64,000 nucleotides of DNA. Source: the human T2T-CHM13v2.0 reference genome, Homo sapiens. Below, piece by piece: positions 1-15,355 of the stretch. Within the stretch, counting starts at the first letter, position 1. The number at the start of each line of letters is the position of its first letter. Made by a program: the position numbers and the translations under genes. Below the pieces are notes generated by a model. It was not told the origin of the DNA. It searched no databases and saw nothing but the letters and a program-made list of their open reading frames with translations. The stretch is taken from NCBI RefSeq assembly GCF_009914755.1, contig NC_060932.1; one strand, given 5' to 3'.

Positions 1-604
1 CCACACTCTCATCACTCAATACTCTACCCCATGTGTGGTACTAGAGATGATATTAGGGTCATGATTTTGATTGCACATAAAAGAAGACAGTCATAATGTG
101 TTTTTATTCTTTTATCCATCTCAAGTATCACTCCCCCTTGACACTTAAATCTATGAGTTAATTATATATCCCTTCATTCACTGTGCATTAGACAGCCCCA
201 GGATTGAAGTCCAGCTCAGCCACTCTTAGCTTTGACCTATGTCATCCACTTAACCTACTGAATGGCACTTTCTGTATATCTAATACATGGGTTGTAACAA
301 CTCTGTCAACAAGTTTTTGTAAGGTTATATGTGAAAGTGGTTCTTTCATCTCAAAACATTTTACAAATGTAAAAGATTGAAATCGCTGCAGCTATTGCCT
401 CCAGGTAAGAGCAGGAGCTTGTAACAGCAACAGACAAGCTATGCACAGAAGTGAAAATAAGTGAGGTAAAGGGGGAACCAGTGAGCGGCGGAAGGTGTGA
501 AGGGAAGAAGCATCTGAGCCCCGGTGCCTAACTCATGTGAGTGGCCTCCACACATTCTGATTGCTTGCTGCATCCATCAGCGTCCCAGCAGAAAACAGCA
601 CGTT

Positions 605-960
605 GAAATTAATTTGATGACAGTTTATTAAAAGGACTATTTTTGAGATGTAGCATGTGGAGAAACTACATGAGAAAGAACAGTATCCCAGGACTAGTAA
701 CTGTGAGGACTGGTATCACTGCTCCTGGTCCTGAGGTGGCACAGAGAAGAAGCATGGACCAGAACCTGGAGACAGAGTGCCCTATGGAGAGGGCTGCTAG
801 GCAGTCGCTGTACCTTCCATTGAGGAATGCAGCCAACCCATGGGAACATCTCGGAGAGACAGCTGAGAGAACAAATACCCTAATCCCACTCTCTATCCTC
901 CCTTCAATATCTTGTCAGGGCCCCACATTGGCCAAACCCATTTAGAAACCACAGAGGACA
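605..960 (-). mobile_element. Old ERVL solo LTR fragment (LTR33-like)
   Basis: tttattaaaaggactattt...cccaggactagtaactgtgaggactggtatcactgctcc resembles the reverse complement of the LTR33 3' end and of the element at 29657-30045; boundaries approximate. Confidence 0.5.
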
Positions 961-1009
961 AGGAAGACACTAGTGTGGTCCATGCAGAACAAATAGCCTC
1001 CCAAGGCAG

Positions 1010-1385
1010 AAAGCAAAGTGAAGTGTCCTCCCCTCTGGAGCATGGATTTGAAAGGAAATAAAAAGATGTATATCACACTCACTCCCACACATAGATAGGT
1101 CATAGACATATTGGGAAAGCCACTTGCAATTTTTATGAGTCCATGAGCTCTGAGGAATTTGGAAATCCTGGAGGCACCTTGCCACAACATGAAAAAAGCC
1201 TATCTGACAACAAGAACAAGCAAAGGTAGATAGGAAAAACCAAGCAAGGGAGAAAGACAGAACCGTGATGAAGTACTATGGACTGCTGAAGCCAGAGAAA
1301 CCCACAGCCAGCCATAACTGAAGCTAGATTGTGAGCTGATAGATACCATTTTCCTTAACCTAGTTTATATTGCCTGTTATCAATC
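1010..1385 (+). mobile_element. Degenerate MLT1-type MaLR LTR fragment
   Basis: ggaggcaccttgccacaacatg...gaagccagag...ccattttccttaacctagttt resembles the 3' half of old MLT1 LTRs. Confidence 0.35.
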
Positions 1386-2249
1386 CACTTTTTATTATAA
1401 ATGAGGAAACTGAGGTACCAAGAAATCAGTTAACTTAAAAAAGTTCACATGTACACTAAGTGGCAGAGCTGCAATTCTATTCTGATTTTACCTCCAATGT
1501 CTGTGCACTCTCCACAACACCCCATGATGCTCTGGAGTCTCTTGTTCTCCTGAATCCTATTGTGGACAAAGATTTTCAGACATGCTTGTTTCCACTTGGG
1601 CCATAAATGCCTTTAGATGACAGATGCCCCTGGAGACACATTCCCATGGAAGTCTTCCACTGTCTTGCACTTTTTTTTGTCATGCATCTACACTGTCCTA
1701 ATCTCTAAAAGCCGTTCTTCACAATCTAAACAACGAAAAGAAGTAAGAGCTGTGACTGTGTGGTAAAGAAAGGAAAATAAATCTTGCTGGTTCGGGACAC
1801 AGCTACAAGACAAATTTCCACAATAGCGTTTGGAATAAATGACAAGTCCCACTCTGAGCAGTGGCAGGATGCCATATTTCGACAACAGTTTCAACACGAG
1901 AAGCCTGCTGGGAGGGCAGTGTTGGTGATGCTTCCTGAAAAATCCTTTTAAAAGATGCAGCACGCTTTTCCACTTACAAATTTGTTAAGAAAAGGGAGAA
2001 AATGTCACACAGGAAAAATGATAGGACTTTTGAAAACTTGAACAATGATATCCATTGATAAAATCATGAATGTCGTTTTTTTTGTTTTGTTTTGTTTTTT
2101 AAAAAAAAGGAAAGAAAAAAATAACACTTCTTTCTCCCTTGGTAGAAATTTCAGAACACTTAGTAACTGGATCCTCACCTTGTGGCCAAAAGAGTCCAAC
2201 AAGGAAAAGACACAATGCACAATGAGGAAACCCCCAACAGCTCCTCCAA

Positions 2250-2805
2250 ACACATACGTACACACAACATACACATACACACACAAAAAATACACATACA
2301 CACAACATACACCTACACACCACACACACAACGTACACACACATCACACTTATCACACATCACACAAAACACACATGAACACACATTATACACATTACAA
2401 CATACACACACATCATATACACACATATCACACACACATCACACACATCACATACACATCATACACACACATCACACAACATACACATACACACATCACA
2501 TACACACATATCACACACACATCACACACACATCACATACACATCATACACACACATCACAAAACATACACATACACACATCACACACACACATCACACA
2601 CAAAACATACACACAGACACACATCACACACACACCACACACAACATATGCACACGCATACACATACACACACATCACATCACACACGCAACATAGAATG
2701 TACACACACAACATATACACAACACAACATCACAAACACAACATACACACATCACACATATCACACACACACAAAATACACACACATACACGCACATCTT
2801 ACATA
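2250..2805. repeat. ~550-bp imperfect (CA)n-rich simple repeat
   Basis: Nearly continuous CACA/CATA/CATCACA units; produces the Thr/His-rich and Val/Cys-rich pseudo-ORFs. Confidence 0.97.
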
Positions 2806-3103
2806 CCCAGTAGGTTTTTGGCCTGTTAACAAATGAACTCAAAAGAAGTCAGTCTTAGAGGATGAACTCTGGCAAGCCAGGGAGCCTACCCAAATGCAGC
2901 AGGAGCAGAGAGTGCATTGGCTTAGAAGATCAAGAAACATGGACATTAAGTTTGGCTCTACCCCTTCATGTTCCTGTGATTATTGGGAAAATTGCTTAAC
3001 CTCTCCAAGCCTCATCTATAAAATGGGGATATTAATGCCTACTATGTTGGCTTGCTACAATGATTCAATAATATAACATCACTAGTGTTCCATAAAAAGT
3101 AGT

Positions 3104-3405
3104 GGCTGGGCATGGTGACTCATGCCTGTAATCCCAGCACTTTGGGAGGCCTAGGTGGGCAGATTGCTTGAGCCCAGGAATTCGAGACCAGCCTGGGCAA
3201 CATGGCGAGACTCAGTCTCTACAAAAAAAAATACACAAAATTAGCTGGGTGTGGTGGTGTGTGCCTGTACTCTCAGCCACCCAGGAGGCTGAAGTGGTAG
3301 GACCACCTGAGCCCAGGAGGTCAAGGCTGCAATCAGCCATGATCTCATCACTGCACCCCAGCCTGGGCAAGAGAGTAAGACCCTGTCTCAAAAAAAAAAA
3401 AAAAA
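3104..3405 (+). mobile_element. Alu, AluJ-like, full length
   Basis: ggctgggcatggtgactcatgcctgtaatcccagc..., J-type ttgagcccagga and aggctgca, A tail ending 3405. Confidence 0.95.
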
Positions 3406-3536
3406 TGCAGTGACTGTTAATTACTCTCCTGTAGGGACTGCTCAGGTCAGGTCTCTCTCGTAAGCTTTCAACCATGGCCCAGTGGTTGAAATCCTGGTGT
3501 AGTCAACTCTTAGCTCTGCGACTTAAAGACAATGAA

Positions 3537-4060
3537 TGCATCAGTTAGATTTTGCCACACGAGAAATGACCACAAAATCTCAGTGGCATGCAACAATAAG
3601 CACTGATTTAGCCTGAATGACCATGGGTCAACCAAGAGTCGGCTACTCTAGGCGAGGCTCAACCAGGTGGCTCTTCTGATCCCTGTTGCCCCTGCTCACA
3701 CATCTTCAGGTTGGCCAGGAAAGCTTGCCTGAGGTGGCTTTCTTCACATGTCTCCTATCCTATTCCTGGGATCAGCAAACTATATGTCCCAGCCCCTGGG
3801 CATGTTTTCATGGCAATGGCAAAAGTAGAAGTAGGTGAGCAAAAACATTCCAGGCTTCCACAGCCGGGTCTTGGCATAGGCACATCATCACTTCTGCCAT
3901 ACTCGATCAGCCAAAGTCAGTCTCAGAGTCAAACCTGAAATCAAAGACCTTCAAAATATTCCCCACCCCATTAGTGTGAGGAGCTGCAAAGTTACATAGG
4001 AAAAGGTGTGCATTACAGGGAGGCTAAAGAATTGGAAAGGATAACATGATCTACCATAGA
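3537..4060 (-). mobile_element. Old MLT1 MaLR solo LTR (J/K-like), apparently interrupting a MIR
   Basis: tgcatcagttag...accacaaaatctcagtggcatgcaacaataagc...catcacttctgccata...atctaccata; MIR-like sequence on both sides. Confidence 0.7.
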
Positions 4061-4733
4061 CTAGCTACATAATCTCTTAGTTGCTTTATCTATAAAGTAG
4101 GAATAATTGCTACCTACATCATGGGTTCTTTTAAATATTAAATAATATATTTATGTGCCCAACACACTGCTTGGCTGATAAGAAGCACTCAAGAAAAGTA
4201 AGCTAATATTTTTAGTCAGTGTAGTGGTAGCATGAGTAGGGTGGTGCTCTGTCATGCATTTTTCTACAGTGTTTTGGCATGCTTCATTCATTCATTTGTT
4301 TACTCATTTCTATAATATTAACTAATCACATAATTACCATGCACCACATGCTTTATCATTGTGCTGACCACACAAAAGGCTGAAATCAATTGACATTTGC
4401 ATAGCATTTTTATACCCAGAATCAAACTGATCATTACAATTTTCCTTTAATATAGTTCTTATTATCCCTGTTAAATAAAAAATGAAACAAAATCTGGCTC
4501 ATGATCTTAGTGATCTCTAGCAAACAAGCAGCAGGCCATAGATCAGAACCTCTTAAGTCAAGATTCTATATCCAGGTATCAGAGTTACTTCAAGTTGGGA
4601 CCCTCCCTTCATGTCTCCTTCTCACTCCAAATTCATGGATTCTAAAATATTTGAGTGAAGCATCACAGTAATCCCATGCCACATTGAATGCTTGGCTCTG
4701 TCCCTTCTCTTTTTTATTTACTTATGACAGAGT

Positions 4734-5122
4734 TGTATTAGTCTCTTCTCACATTGCTATAAAGGACAATCTGAGACTGGGCAATTGATAAATAAAAGAG
4801 GTTTGATTGGCTCACGGTTCCACAGGCTGTACAGGAAGCATGGCTGGGAAACTTACAGGAAACTTACAATCATGGTGGAAGGTGAAAGCAAAGCAAGCAC
4901 ATCTTCACGTGGTCAGCAGGAGAGAGAGTGAAGGGAAAAGTGCTACACACTTTTACACAACCAGATCTCATAAGAACTCACTCACTATCATGAGAACAGC
5001 AAGGGAGAAATCCACCCCATGATCCAATTACCTCCTACCGGGTCCCTCCCCCAGCATTGGGAATTATGATCCAACAGGGATTGGATGAGACTTGGATGGG
5101 AACACAGAGCAAAACCATATCA
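4734..5122 (-). mobile_element. MSTA/MSTB MaLR solo LTR
   Basis: tgtattagtc...ggctcacggttccacaggctgtacaggaagcatgg...aaaccatatca; flanks agagt/ggagt match a 5-bp TSD with 1 mismatch. Confidence 0.92.
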
Positions 5123-5129
5123 GGAGTTC

Positions 5130-5450
5130 ATGTCTGGCTTGTATCCTGAAGGATGAATGGGTATTTTCCTGGAGAAAGAAAGGGAAGATCAGAGAAGGGA
5201 GGGCATTACAGGCAGAGAGACAGTGTAAGCAAAGCCACATGGTGAGAAACCTCAAGGCACGTGTGAGAAAGTAAAGTTCAGTTATAAGGCATTAGTTTCA
5301 AGGTGGAGATGGAGGGAGATAACGTTGGAGACGCAGTCAGGCATTTTATGTAGGATGACTTTGTATGTCATCTGGAGAAGTTCGGATGTTAGATTATAAA
5401 CAGTGAAGAGTCATTGGAAGGTTTTGAAAAGGGGCAGGATAAGGACTACT
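5130..5450 (-). mobile_element. L2 fragment
   Basis: Purine-rich gaaggatgaatgggtattttcc...gagtcattggaaggttttga typical of antisense L2. Confidence 0.55.
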
Positions 5451-7741
5451 CTGAACTGCCTAATGGACCTCCTGCTAGCTGTGTGGGAAAGGGTTCTGAA
5501 GAGCATCACATCTTCACAAGGACACAGCCAGCAAGCATCCTTCCACCTGGCTTTTTTGTAGAGGTGAATTAGATGGAAGGGCTGAATTTGTTGGGGTTTG
5601 GCCTGTCCTTAGGAACAAATCAGATGAAGGGAGTCATTATACCAGCACAAAAGCAGGGCCTGATAAGAAGATCTGAATAGAGCAACACTGAATTACTGAA
5701 CTGCAAGAAATCTAACAGGGTGTTTCATCATCCCCCTCATTACAGATGAGAAAATCATTGTCTACCTTACGAAACTGAGCTGCTTCAGGTCATATAGGAG
5801 CCTCCTAAATCCCAGACCTGTTCTTTCCTCACCCCCATTCAGATATCCCACCTCCTCTGAGGTCATACAGGGTACCCGAGTACCTGCTCTGTGCAGGAGC
5901 TACAGAAGTCAAAGGACTGGAGACCGCTATTTTTGTCTCAGTAACCCCAGAATACTATGAGTGGCAGCATCTCTGCTCCTCTTTCTAGGCATGACCCTAG
6001 GAAGCTCTACTCACCTCACACTCCTTGCACTCTGTGCCCCTGTGGAAGCCAAAAGGACACAGACATTAAGGGCATGCAGGGCCAGTATTAGCTATCCCAA
6101 GAGAAGAACAGAGTCCTCAATCCAATAGAATGTTTGGGAGTGACATGAAAGCTAGTGTTATATTAGGAGGTGACCGAGAAAAGAGAAGGTGGGATCTGTG
6201 GTTCTGAGAGAGCAAGATCAGTATTAGAACACATCAGAGACACCAGGAGACCAAATGAGGAGTCAACGAGGCAGCCCACCCTCATCTGTTAATCTGTCCA
6301 ATGGACACTATCTTCATGGTGCAACCTCTATTGCAGTTTCTATTGCCCAGATATCTGAAAAGACTGCCAGCCCCTGCCTTCTACCTCTGAACTTAGTCTT
6401 CGCTAAGTTGAAGAGTCTTCAGCCTGAGTCCTTGGTTTGCACTTAGCGATCAGTGCATGTTACCTTGACCTTGCCATTCAAGGTCTCTGGGACTATTTCT
6501 CATCTAAAGGTCATATTAACATCGCCAGCCTACTCCTCACTTTCCACTTTAAATGTATTCACAATTATCCGATGTTCCAAGCAGAAACTGCACTTAAAAT
6601 ATATGAAAGGGAGGCACCTTTGCTATAACAAAAAAGTGATTGTTACCATGAATCTGAGGAAAAAGAGGGAGGATTTAAAGGATAAGTCCAAAGAAATACA
6701 TCTGGGGTTAACAGACTGTTGGCAAATAATCTTTTCTTGTTTCCCCCTAAGGTCTATGGAAAGAAGTAGTGTATAATTAGAGGAAAAGCTCTTTTTAGAG
6801 AAAGATTAGCTGTGAAACAGGTAGTTCAAAAGGTAAAAGGCAGGAAACCTGCTTGTATTCCAGTTGAGTTGCCCCATAGGGTTTGTGCCAACTCTATGGG
6901 CTTTGAGACTCTGCTCTGAAAACAGAGGGAATTGGGCACGGTGATCCTCCAGCTCTAGGAGTCTATGATTTTAACCCAAAACCAGGTTGAGGAAGGTTAC
7001 AAATCAAAGTTCATGACTGCAGAGGAACTCAGACTGTCTAGGTTTTATTTAGTCTCTTTATTATTTCTTTTGTAGCTTCTTTTTCTTTCCTTATGGTCAA
7101 TCTGTCTTCCTATAGCTTAAAAAAAAAGCCACTCCCAGAGGAAGGTCTGCAAGTCAGTGGTAAAAAAGGAGATAAGAAAAATCTGTCCGAGGGTAACAAA
7201 GATGGTGAGAATCTAAGCAAACTCATGCCCCCAGCCCACTTCCTAGTAAGACATTCAGGGCAATTACAGAACTTCTCAGAGGAAACCAGGGTTCAGAACC
7301 ACCCACAAATCAGCCCCAGGACTGCTCTGGCCTGTCTCCTGTTGCTAGCTGGCTTCACAGCCACTGTGTCAAGAGCTGCATCACACACAGATGCAGAGCC
7401 AGGCTGCTGCTCATATTCTGAGAGGGTCCCTTGGCATAGGAGTTGCATTGCAACAAATGAAAAATAAATGCTTCTGCTGAGAGCTTCAGTGGATGTCAGA
7501 TTTCCTGCAGCTAGCTTTAAAATAAATCTAAAATCATTTTTCCACTGCTCCTCTTAGACATGTGAGTTTAGAGAATTTGGACATTCTAGGGCTAACTATA
7601 AAAACCCAGTGACTGTATATTACCTAGATACAACAAAGATTCTCCTTATAGAAAAGGAGCTCTTACTTATAGTACAATTTTATGTTCTAGGTACTAAGCT
7701 AAGCATTTGATCCTCACAGCTGTCCTCTAAGGAAGCACTTT

Positions 7742-8105
7742 TTTTTATTAACAGACTTTTTTTTTAGCAGTTTCAGGTTTATAGAAAAATTGAGTAAAGG
7801 TACAGATATGTTCCCTACTCCCACCTCCCACCTCCATTTCCCCTATTATTAATATCTTTCATTAGTATGGTATGTTTGTTACAATTGATGAGTCAATCTT
7901 GATACATTACTATTAAGTAAAATCCATAGATTATATTAGGATTCACTCCTGGTATACATTCTGTGGATTTTGACAAATACATAATGTATAGTCACATGTA
8001 TCCACCATTACTGCACTATACAGAAGAGTCTCACTGCCCAAAAAAATCCTCTGTTCCCCACTCTCCACTCCGTCAAAACCCTGGCAACCACTCATTATTG
8101 TACTG
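7742..8105 (-). mobile_element. L1M (L1MC-like) 3' end
   Basis: ttttagcagtttcaggtttatagaaaaattgag...tttgttacaattgatga...cctggcaaccact. Confidence 0.8.
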
Positions 8106-10059
8106 CCTGAAGAAAGCATCTTTATCCACTTCTAAAGAGGAGGAAGCCAGATCTTAAAGAGGTTATGAAATTTACTCAAGTGGGAGAGCAAAGATGTACC
8201 TGGCACTGGCCGACCAGAATCAGTCTTCCCACTCTGCATTTATTACCCAACAGCCTATTCCTGAACACCGCCAAGGGGCCAGCCAGGTACAAGTGCAGGT
8301 TGTGGGAGCAATACAATGACAAACAAAGCAGCACAGATTTCACTCTCACCAAATTCATAGACTAGTGGAAGGCAGGCATTAAGTGAATTAGCACAAAAAT
8401 AAATATCTAAATATAAATTGTAATAAACGTTTGAAGGAAAATAATAGGTCCTAAGGTATAATGACAATGCTTTCCAGGGAGACCTGGTATGTGTTGGGAG
8501 GAGGTGGTGGAGGTGAGGGATCTCAGGGAAGACCTCTCTGGAAAAGGATGAGAAGCTGTTTCTCTGAGTTAGGGGTGAGTGTGTTCCACAAAGAGAGAGC
8601 AGTTTTCATAAAAACGATGATGTAGGGTAGAAATTGTCTGTTCAAGGAAACCTTCACTCCCCCATACAAAGTGGTTTAAAGTCAGTTTTCTCAATTTATA
8701 GCTAGTCAAGAACACTTTTGAATAGGAAAGTTCATATAATGTAGAAAGTTCCATGAAAATTCACCCCCATTTCTCAGCACTAATAACTAATATTAAGTGT
8801 TTCACTACAAGTTTGATAGGTTTGAATTTAACTTTCACTACACCCTCCATCCCATTTTATAGAAAAAGAGACAGAGGCTTGGAAAGAAGTAACTACCAAG
8901 ATGGCAAAGCAGGCTCCATACCATGCTTCTGCCATGGTGAAGGATAAATGTCCCACTCCCACATCAAAGAATCAGGGAGAAGCACAGTGCCTGGGCACAG
9001 AATGGTCATTGAATCAATATTTGAAGAAGGAATGGGTGAATAGCCAGTCAAGGGCTGCTGAGGTAGCAGCTCATTAGAGTAGACAGGGCAGTGGTTTTGA
9101 ACTCAGACACTGAGGCCTTCCATTTCTACTCCAACCCCTCATAAACCAAATGGCCTTGTTTGTCTCCCTGGCCTCAATATCCTCTTCTGTTCATCAGTAA
9201 GCACAGAATACAAAAATTGCAAAGATAACCAATAAATCAAAATATTAGACATAGTAATACAATGGAAAAACAAAGGAAAAAGGGAGGGAAGGAGGCTAAA
9301 TGTTATCTAGACTCCATTTGGTGGCACACCTCTGGATTCATGACTCCCTCAAACTGGCAGGTCAGTTGCACGCTCCTCCTTTTCTGACCATGACAGACAT
9401 TACTATCTGATCACGGCACACTTTCTCAATGAGCCCACATGAGCCTCAGCACAGTGCTCCAGGCAGCAACACCAACACACCACCAATGACCCTCAAGATG
9501 AAACCTATTTGTGATCACAACATCATAAAGAGTCCTTCTTGAATATTAGCAGCTTCCAGTAAAAATTTGAGGAAAAGACTTAGATCTCACTGAAACAGTC
9601 TCAGCAACTCTGAAATTCTCCAGCTGATGACATTGCCTCAGTCTTTATAGGATGTCTCAACTGTACCTAGGGTCTTCACTGACTTGGCAGCACTCTCTTT
9701 TCAACTGCTTGTTCTGTTGCAAACACAAGTAGGAACTTATATGATCAGGACTTTTTCTAAGGGTTTTATAACTTCCTGACTAGGAAGCCTTTCCAAATGT
9801 ACCAAAACATATTGTTCCCAGCTTCCAGCTCTTCATTGAGGCATCATGGCTACATTTAAGGAGTGGGAGGAGGAAGCATGAAAAATTCTGATCCCTGCCT
9901 TAAATCTTGTTCCTGGGCTTAGGGTAAGGAAGGAATCAGAAAAGGCATCACACATTCCACCAGCTTTCAGTTGCCAATGACTGTCTTCAGGAAGGGTTTT
10001 TTGTGGTTCACTTTTCCAAAGGCATAGAATATATTTTGACATCTATGAATATAGTGCAT

Positions 10060-10268
10060 ACCAATGTTTCTCAAAGCATAAGCCAAAAACTTTCTGTCAG
10101 AATCACCTGTGAGGCTTGGAGGGAGGGGAAGTGCTTGTCAAAATGCACATTCCCAGGTCTTGCCCCAAATCTACTAAATAAGACTCAGTGAGGGTAGGAC
10201 TTGTGATTCTGCTCTTTAACAACTACCTTTGCTCACTGGGACTCAAAAGCCACCAGTTGGAAAAACAG
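10060..10268. mobile_element. MER5-type hAT-Charlie MITE
   Basis: caatgtttctcaaag...cagaatcacctg...aaaatgcacattcccagg. Confidence 0.65.
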
Positions 10269-10589
10269 CAATTCTCATGAAGACCAATGTCAGGACTACT
10301 TAGGATTAGGAATGAGTTCAGCTTCTACTCTGACTCTTACTAATTAGGCCTCCTTGGAAAAGTCAATTAAATTTTCTAAATCTGTGCCTCTGTACAAGAG
10401 ACAGAATACAATGTTCTCCAAGGTCTCTTCAGCTACAACAGAGACAGAGAAAAACAAAGGTAGACCTCTAACTTCAATCCAGAAGAGATCTCTAGATCAT
10501 CCAGTTTCAATTTTACAAATGAGTATTCTTCAGACAAAAGTAATTATGTAGATGCATGTGTGTTTCTTTTTTTAACAAACCCAGTATTT

Positions 10590-11225
<636 letters not shown>

Positions 11226-11399
11226 TAATTTCTAAAAACACAGTTTAGGGTTCACCTCCCCTATGAAGGTTTCTTTCATCCCCAGAAAAGTTATCCATGC
11301 AATGGTTAATGGACTCATCATAGTGTTCTGCAATTCGTTTTAATGTAAAAATTGTTAAATGTACAGCATAAGTGAGAGCTGCCAGCCCAATAGTCACTC

Positions 11400-11835
11400 T
11401 CTCACCAGTTTTATTTAAAGTAATGACATAAGCACTTACAATTCTACATTTCTCAGCTTCCCTTGCAGCTAAGAAAAGCAGTTGATCCAATTCTGGCCAG
11501 TGAGACATACGTAGAAGTTGCTAGGTGGCAATTTGGGGAAAAATCTTTAAAGAGAGGAAGTTTCACCTGGATTTGCCTTTTACTTTCCTCTTCCACCTGC
11601 CTTGATAGAGTCTGTTGGTAGGAATACAGTAGCCATTTTGTAACTGTGAAACCAAAAGCTTGAGAACAAAAGCCAACATAAACATGTCTGAGTGTAAAGA
11701 GAGACCACCTGGGTCCATGATGACATATAGGTGAAACCACTCAACTTATGGTCAGATAAAAAAATAAAACCAAAATTTTTTAAGACACTGTTTAGTTGAG
11801 TTTTCCATTAGACACCCCTGAATGCAATCTCTACC
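11400..11835 (+). mobile_element. Old MLT1 MaLR LTR
   Basis: ctacatttctcagcttcccttgcagctaag...aattctggccagtgagacat...taagacactgtttagttgagttttc. Confidence 0.7.
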
Positions 11836-11869
11836 TATTCCATACAGAAAAATAAAAACATGCTCATTA

Positions 11870-12445
11870 CCCCAGTGAACATGCATGAATCAACCATCCA
11901 GAATTAACAAATGTTGTTTTGTTATATTTGGTCCTGTTCCTTTTATTGATTTGTCTTTGAAATAGAATAGATACAGTAAAAGTTCCATTTGCTTCCCTTC
12001 CTAAGACTATTCCCCTCCTTCCTTCCCTGGAGTCAACCACAAACAGAGTTATTGTGTAAGCTTTCCTTCCACATTTTATATTTTATTGTGTCTATCTCCC
12101 TAAACAACTTGAGCATTACATATACCTGTGTGTGTGTACAAATGTATAAAATATCATTCTTCCACTTGAATTTATCACTGAGCCTCATGTTTTCTAGATC
12201 TAGCCATATGTAATCATAATAGATCAAATTCATTTCCATTTTTGTATAAATGTACCACAATCTACCTCCCACTGTTCCACTGATGACTCTTTTATATTGT
12301 TTCTGAATTTTCTTTATTATTGATAATGCTGCCCTACACCTTGAACATGTCTCTGTGAGGGTTTTCTAAGGTATGTGCCTAGAAGTGGAGTACCTGGGTC
12401 ACAGGATATAGTTTCAACTATTCTAGAATTTGCTCAATTGTTTTT
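11870..12445 (-). mobile_element. Old L1M (L1ME-like) 3' fragment
   Basis: ttttctagatctagccat...tgtaccacaat...aatgctgc...cctagaagtggagtacctgggtca. Confidence 0.65.
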
Positions 12446-12638
12446 TTTTTTTTTTTTACAAGTCTGTCTCCTCTTCTAGACTGTAAGCTCCTTGAGTGTC
12501 TTGAATATAATGGGCTCCCAACTACTATTTGATGAATGAAATGATTTAATTTAGATAGCAGAGCATCAAGGAGTGGCTGAGGCTGATTTTAGCTCCACCC
12601 TGAATCCCTCCTCTGCCCAAGTCACCCTGGGTATACAG

Positions 12639-13047
12639 TGTTATGGGCTGGATTGCGTCCCCCACCCACCAAGCTCATATGTTGAAGCCTTAGCCCCCCA
12701 GTACCTCAGAATGTACTGGGGGATTGGGGCTTGAAGTAGGTGATTAAGTTAAAATGAGACCCTTAGCGGGGGCCCTAGTCCAGTCTGACTGGTGTCCTTA
12801 TAGAAAGGGGAAATTTGGACACACACACAGACTCGAGGGATGCACATGGACCAAGAAAACACCGTGTGAGAACACAGAGAGAAGGTTGCCATCTGCGAGC
12901 CAAGGAGAGAGGCCTCAGGGGAAACCAAGCCTGCTGGCACCTTGATCTCAGACTTCTAGCTTCCAAAATTGTGAGAAAATAAATTTCTGTTTTTTAAGCC
13001 TCCCAGTCTGTGGTATTGTGTTGTGGCATCCCAAATATGTTAATATA
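12639..13047 (+). mobile_element. MLT1A/B MaLR solo LTR
   Basis: tgttatgggctggattgcgtccccc...gactggtgtccttata...ctggcaccttgatctcagacttc...gagaaaataaatttctg. Confidence 0.9.
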
Positions 13048-13459
13048 TAGACATAGTATATAAGCTAAAGTAATGCATTGTTTCCACAAACAGAGCTTCC
13101 AAACTCATTGCCACTCCAATGCCCTTCCTCTGTATTAATGCTGAAGTCTTCCTCAAACTCACATATCCAAACTTCTAGTTTAGTAGTCTTTCCACTGCAC
13201 CACTAAGCTTCAAAACTATTCCATGAAATTTCAACCTCCATGTAGCTGGAACACATTCTAAGATGTTGATAAAAGGAAGACTGAAAAGATTAAACTTTAG
13301 ACTCCCTGACCAGAACAGCTTTTAAAAATTGGGCTTTCTTACTAAATTGTCTGAATGAAGGACTTTATTAGTTCAAAAAAATTGGAAATGGCCCTGAAGA
13401 CGTCGTAAAAATGACTTTCCAAGAAATTTCCAAGAGATTCAAGTTTGGAGGAAATAAAA

Positions 13460-14316
<857 letters not shown>

Positions 14317-14752
14317 TATTCCATTCTTAAATATATTCATATACATATATTTTTGGCATGTGACTTTGCATGCTTCAGTAAGCTCAGGAGCAAAATACTT
14401 CTTCTCTATTATGCGCACATTTTCTATCTTGCTGCTCCAACACATTTCTTCCCTCAATTCCCAGGTGATGTCTCTGTGGAGCTTCTCTTTACCAGTTTCC
14501 AGAGCTATTACTTCTACTTCTGCCTCCTTCTTCATTTAATTTGCTTGTCTTTATGTTGTTTTGGAACCCCCAAAACGCAGAATTATGTTCATTGTAATCC
14601 TTGCTTCAAGATACACTATCACCATCAGTCTATGCATAATCCTCTTTCATTCTATTGTATTTTTAAATGACATAATAAACACCCTGAACCTATTGCCCAA
14701 TCTAAGAACTAGAGCATTACTTCTAATTGAGGTCTTTCCATGTGTTCTCCCA

Positions 14753-14925
14753 GTCCCATTTATTTAAGTCCCATTTAATAATATAATTGTCCCATTTAAT
14801 ATATATAATATATAATATATATAATTTATTATATTTATATATTTAATATATAACTTATATATTTAATATATAATTTAATATATTATAATTTAATATAAAT
14901 TAAGTCCCATTTAATAATATAATTG
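14753..14925. repeat. AT-rich low-complexity tract with repeated gtcccattta units
   Basis: Four gtcccattta copies; 26-bp direct repeat at 14764-14789 and 14900-14925. Confidence 0.9.
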
Positions 14926-15039
14926 AGATTATATTCACAGCATTTATTACCACCTTGCTTTGCTTTTTCTTTTTAGTTTTTCACTAAAAGTTTTCAAGTT
15001 TTTTCTTGTTCAGTTATCTAATTTTACTTATGTTTGACT

Positions 15040-15355
15040 TTTCTAAAATGGGTATCATGCTTTACTGGATATCCTGGGGTATAATGTCAATGTAACATAG
15101 TTAATCCACTGTAACAGATGCATTATTGTCCATTATGTACACACCCACAATATTTGGACCATCTTCTTTCTTGGACATTCAGGATGCTTCCAGGATTTTG
15201 CTATTATAAATAGTTCAGATATGAACATTCTGTGTTTGTCCCCTTGTGCACATATATATGGGTGTCTCTGGAGGATGTATCCTAAGATTAAGACTAGTGG
15301 GTCATAGGGCATGAGAATGTACAAATTTACAAGCTAATGCAAATTGCTTCTCAAA
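15040..15355 (-). mobile_element. Old L1M fragment
   Basis: ggacattcaggatgcttccaggattttgctattataaata...gggtcatagggcatg. Confidence 0.6.

Noticed and set aside
2045-2836. 263-aa and 215-aa Thr/His-rich ORFs
   Set aside because: They are translations of the CA-rich simple repeat, which is stop-poor by composition; no promoter, splice or domain evidence
7093-7467. 124-aa ATG-initiated ORF in unique sequence
   Set aside because: No recognisable domain or exon context; length compatible with chance
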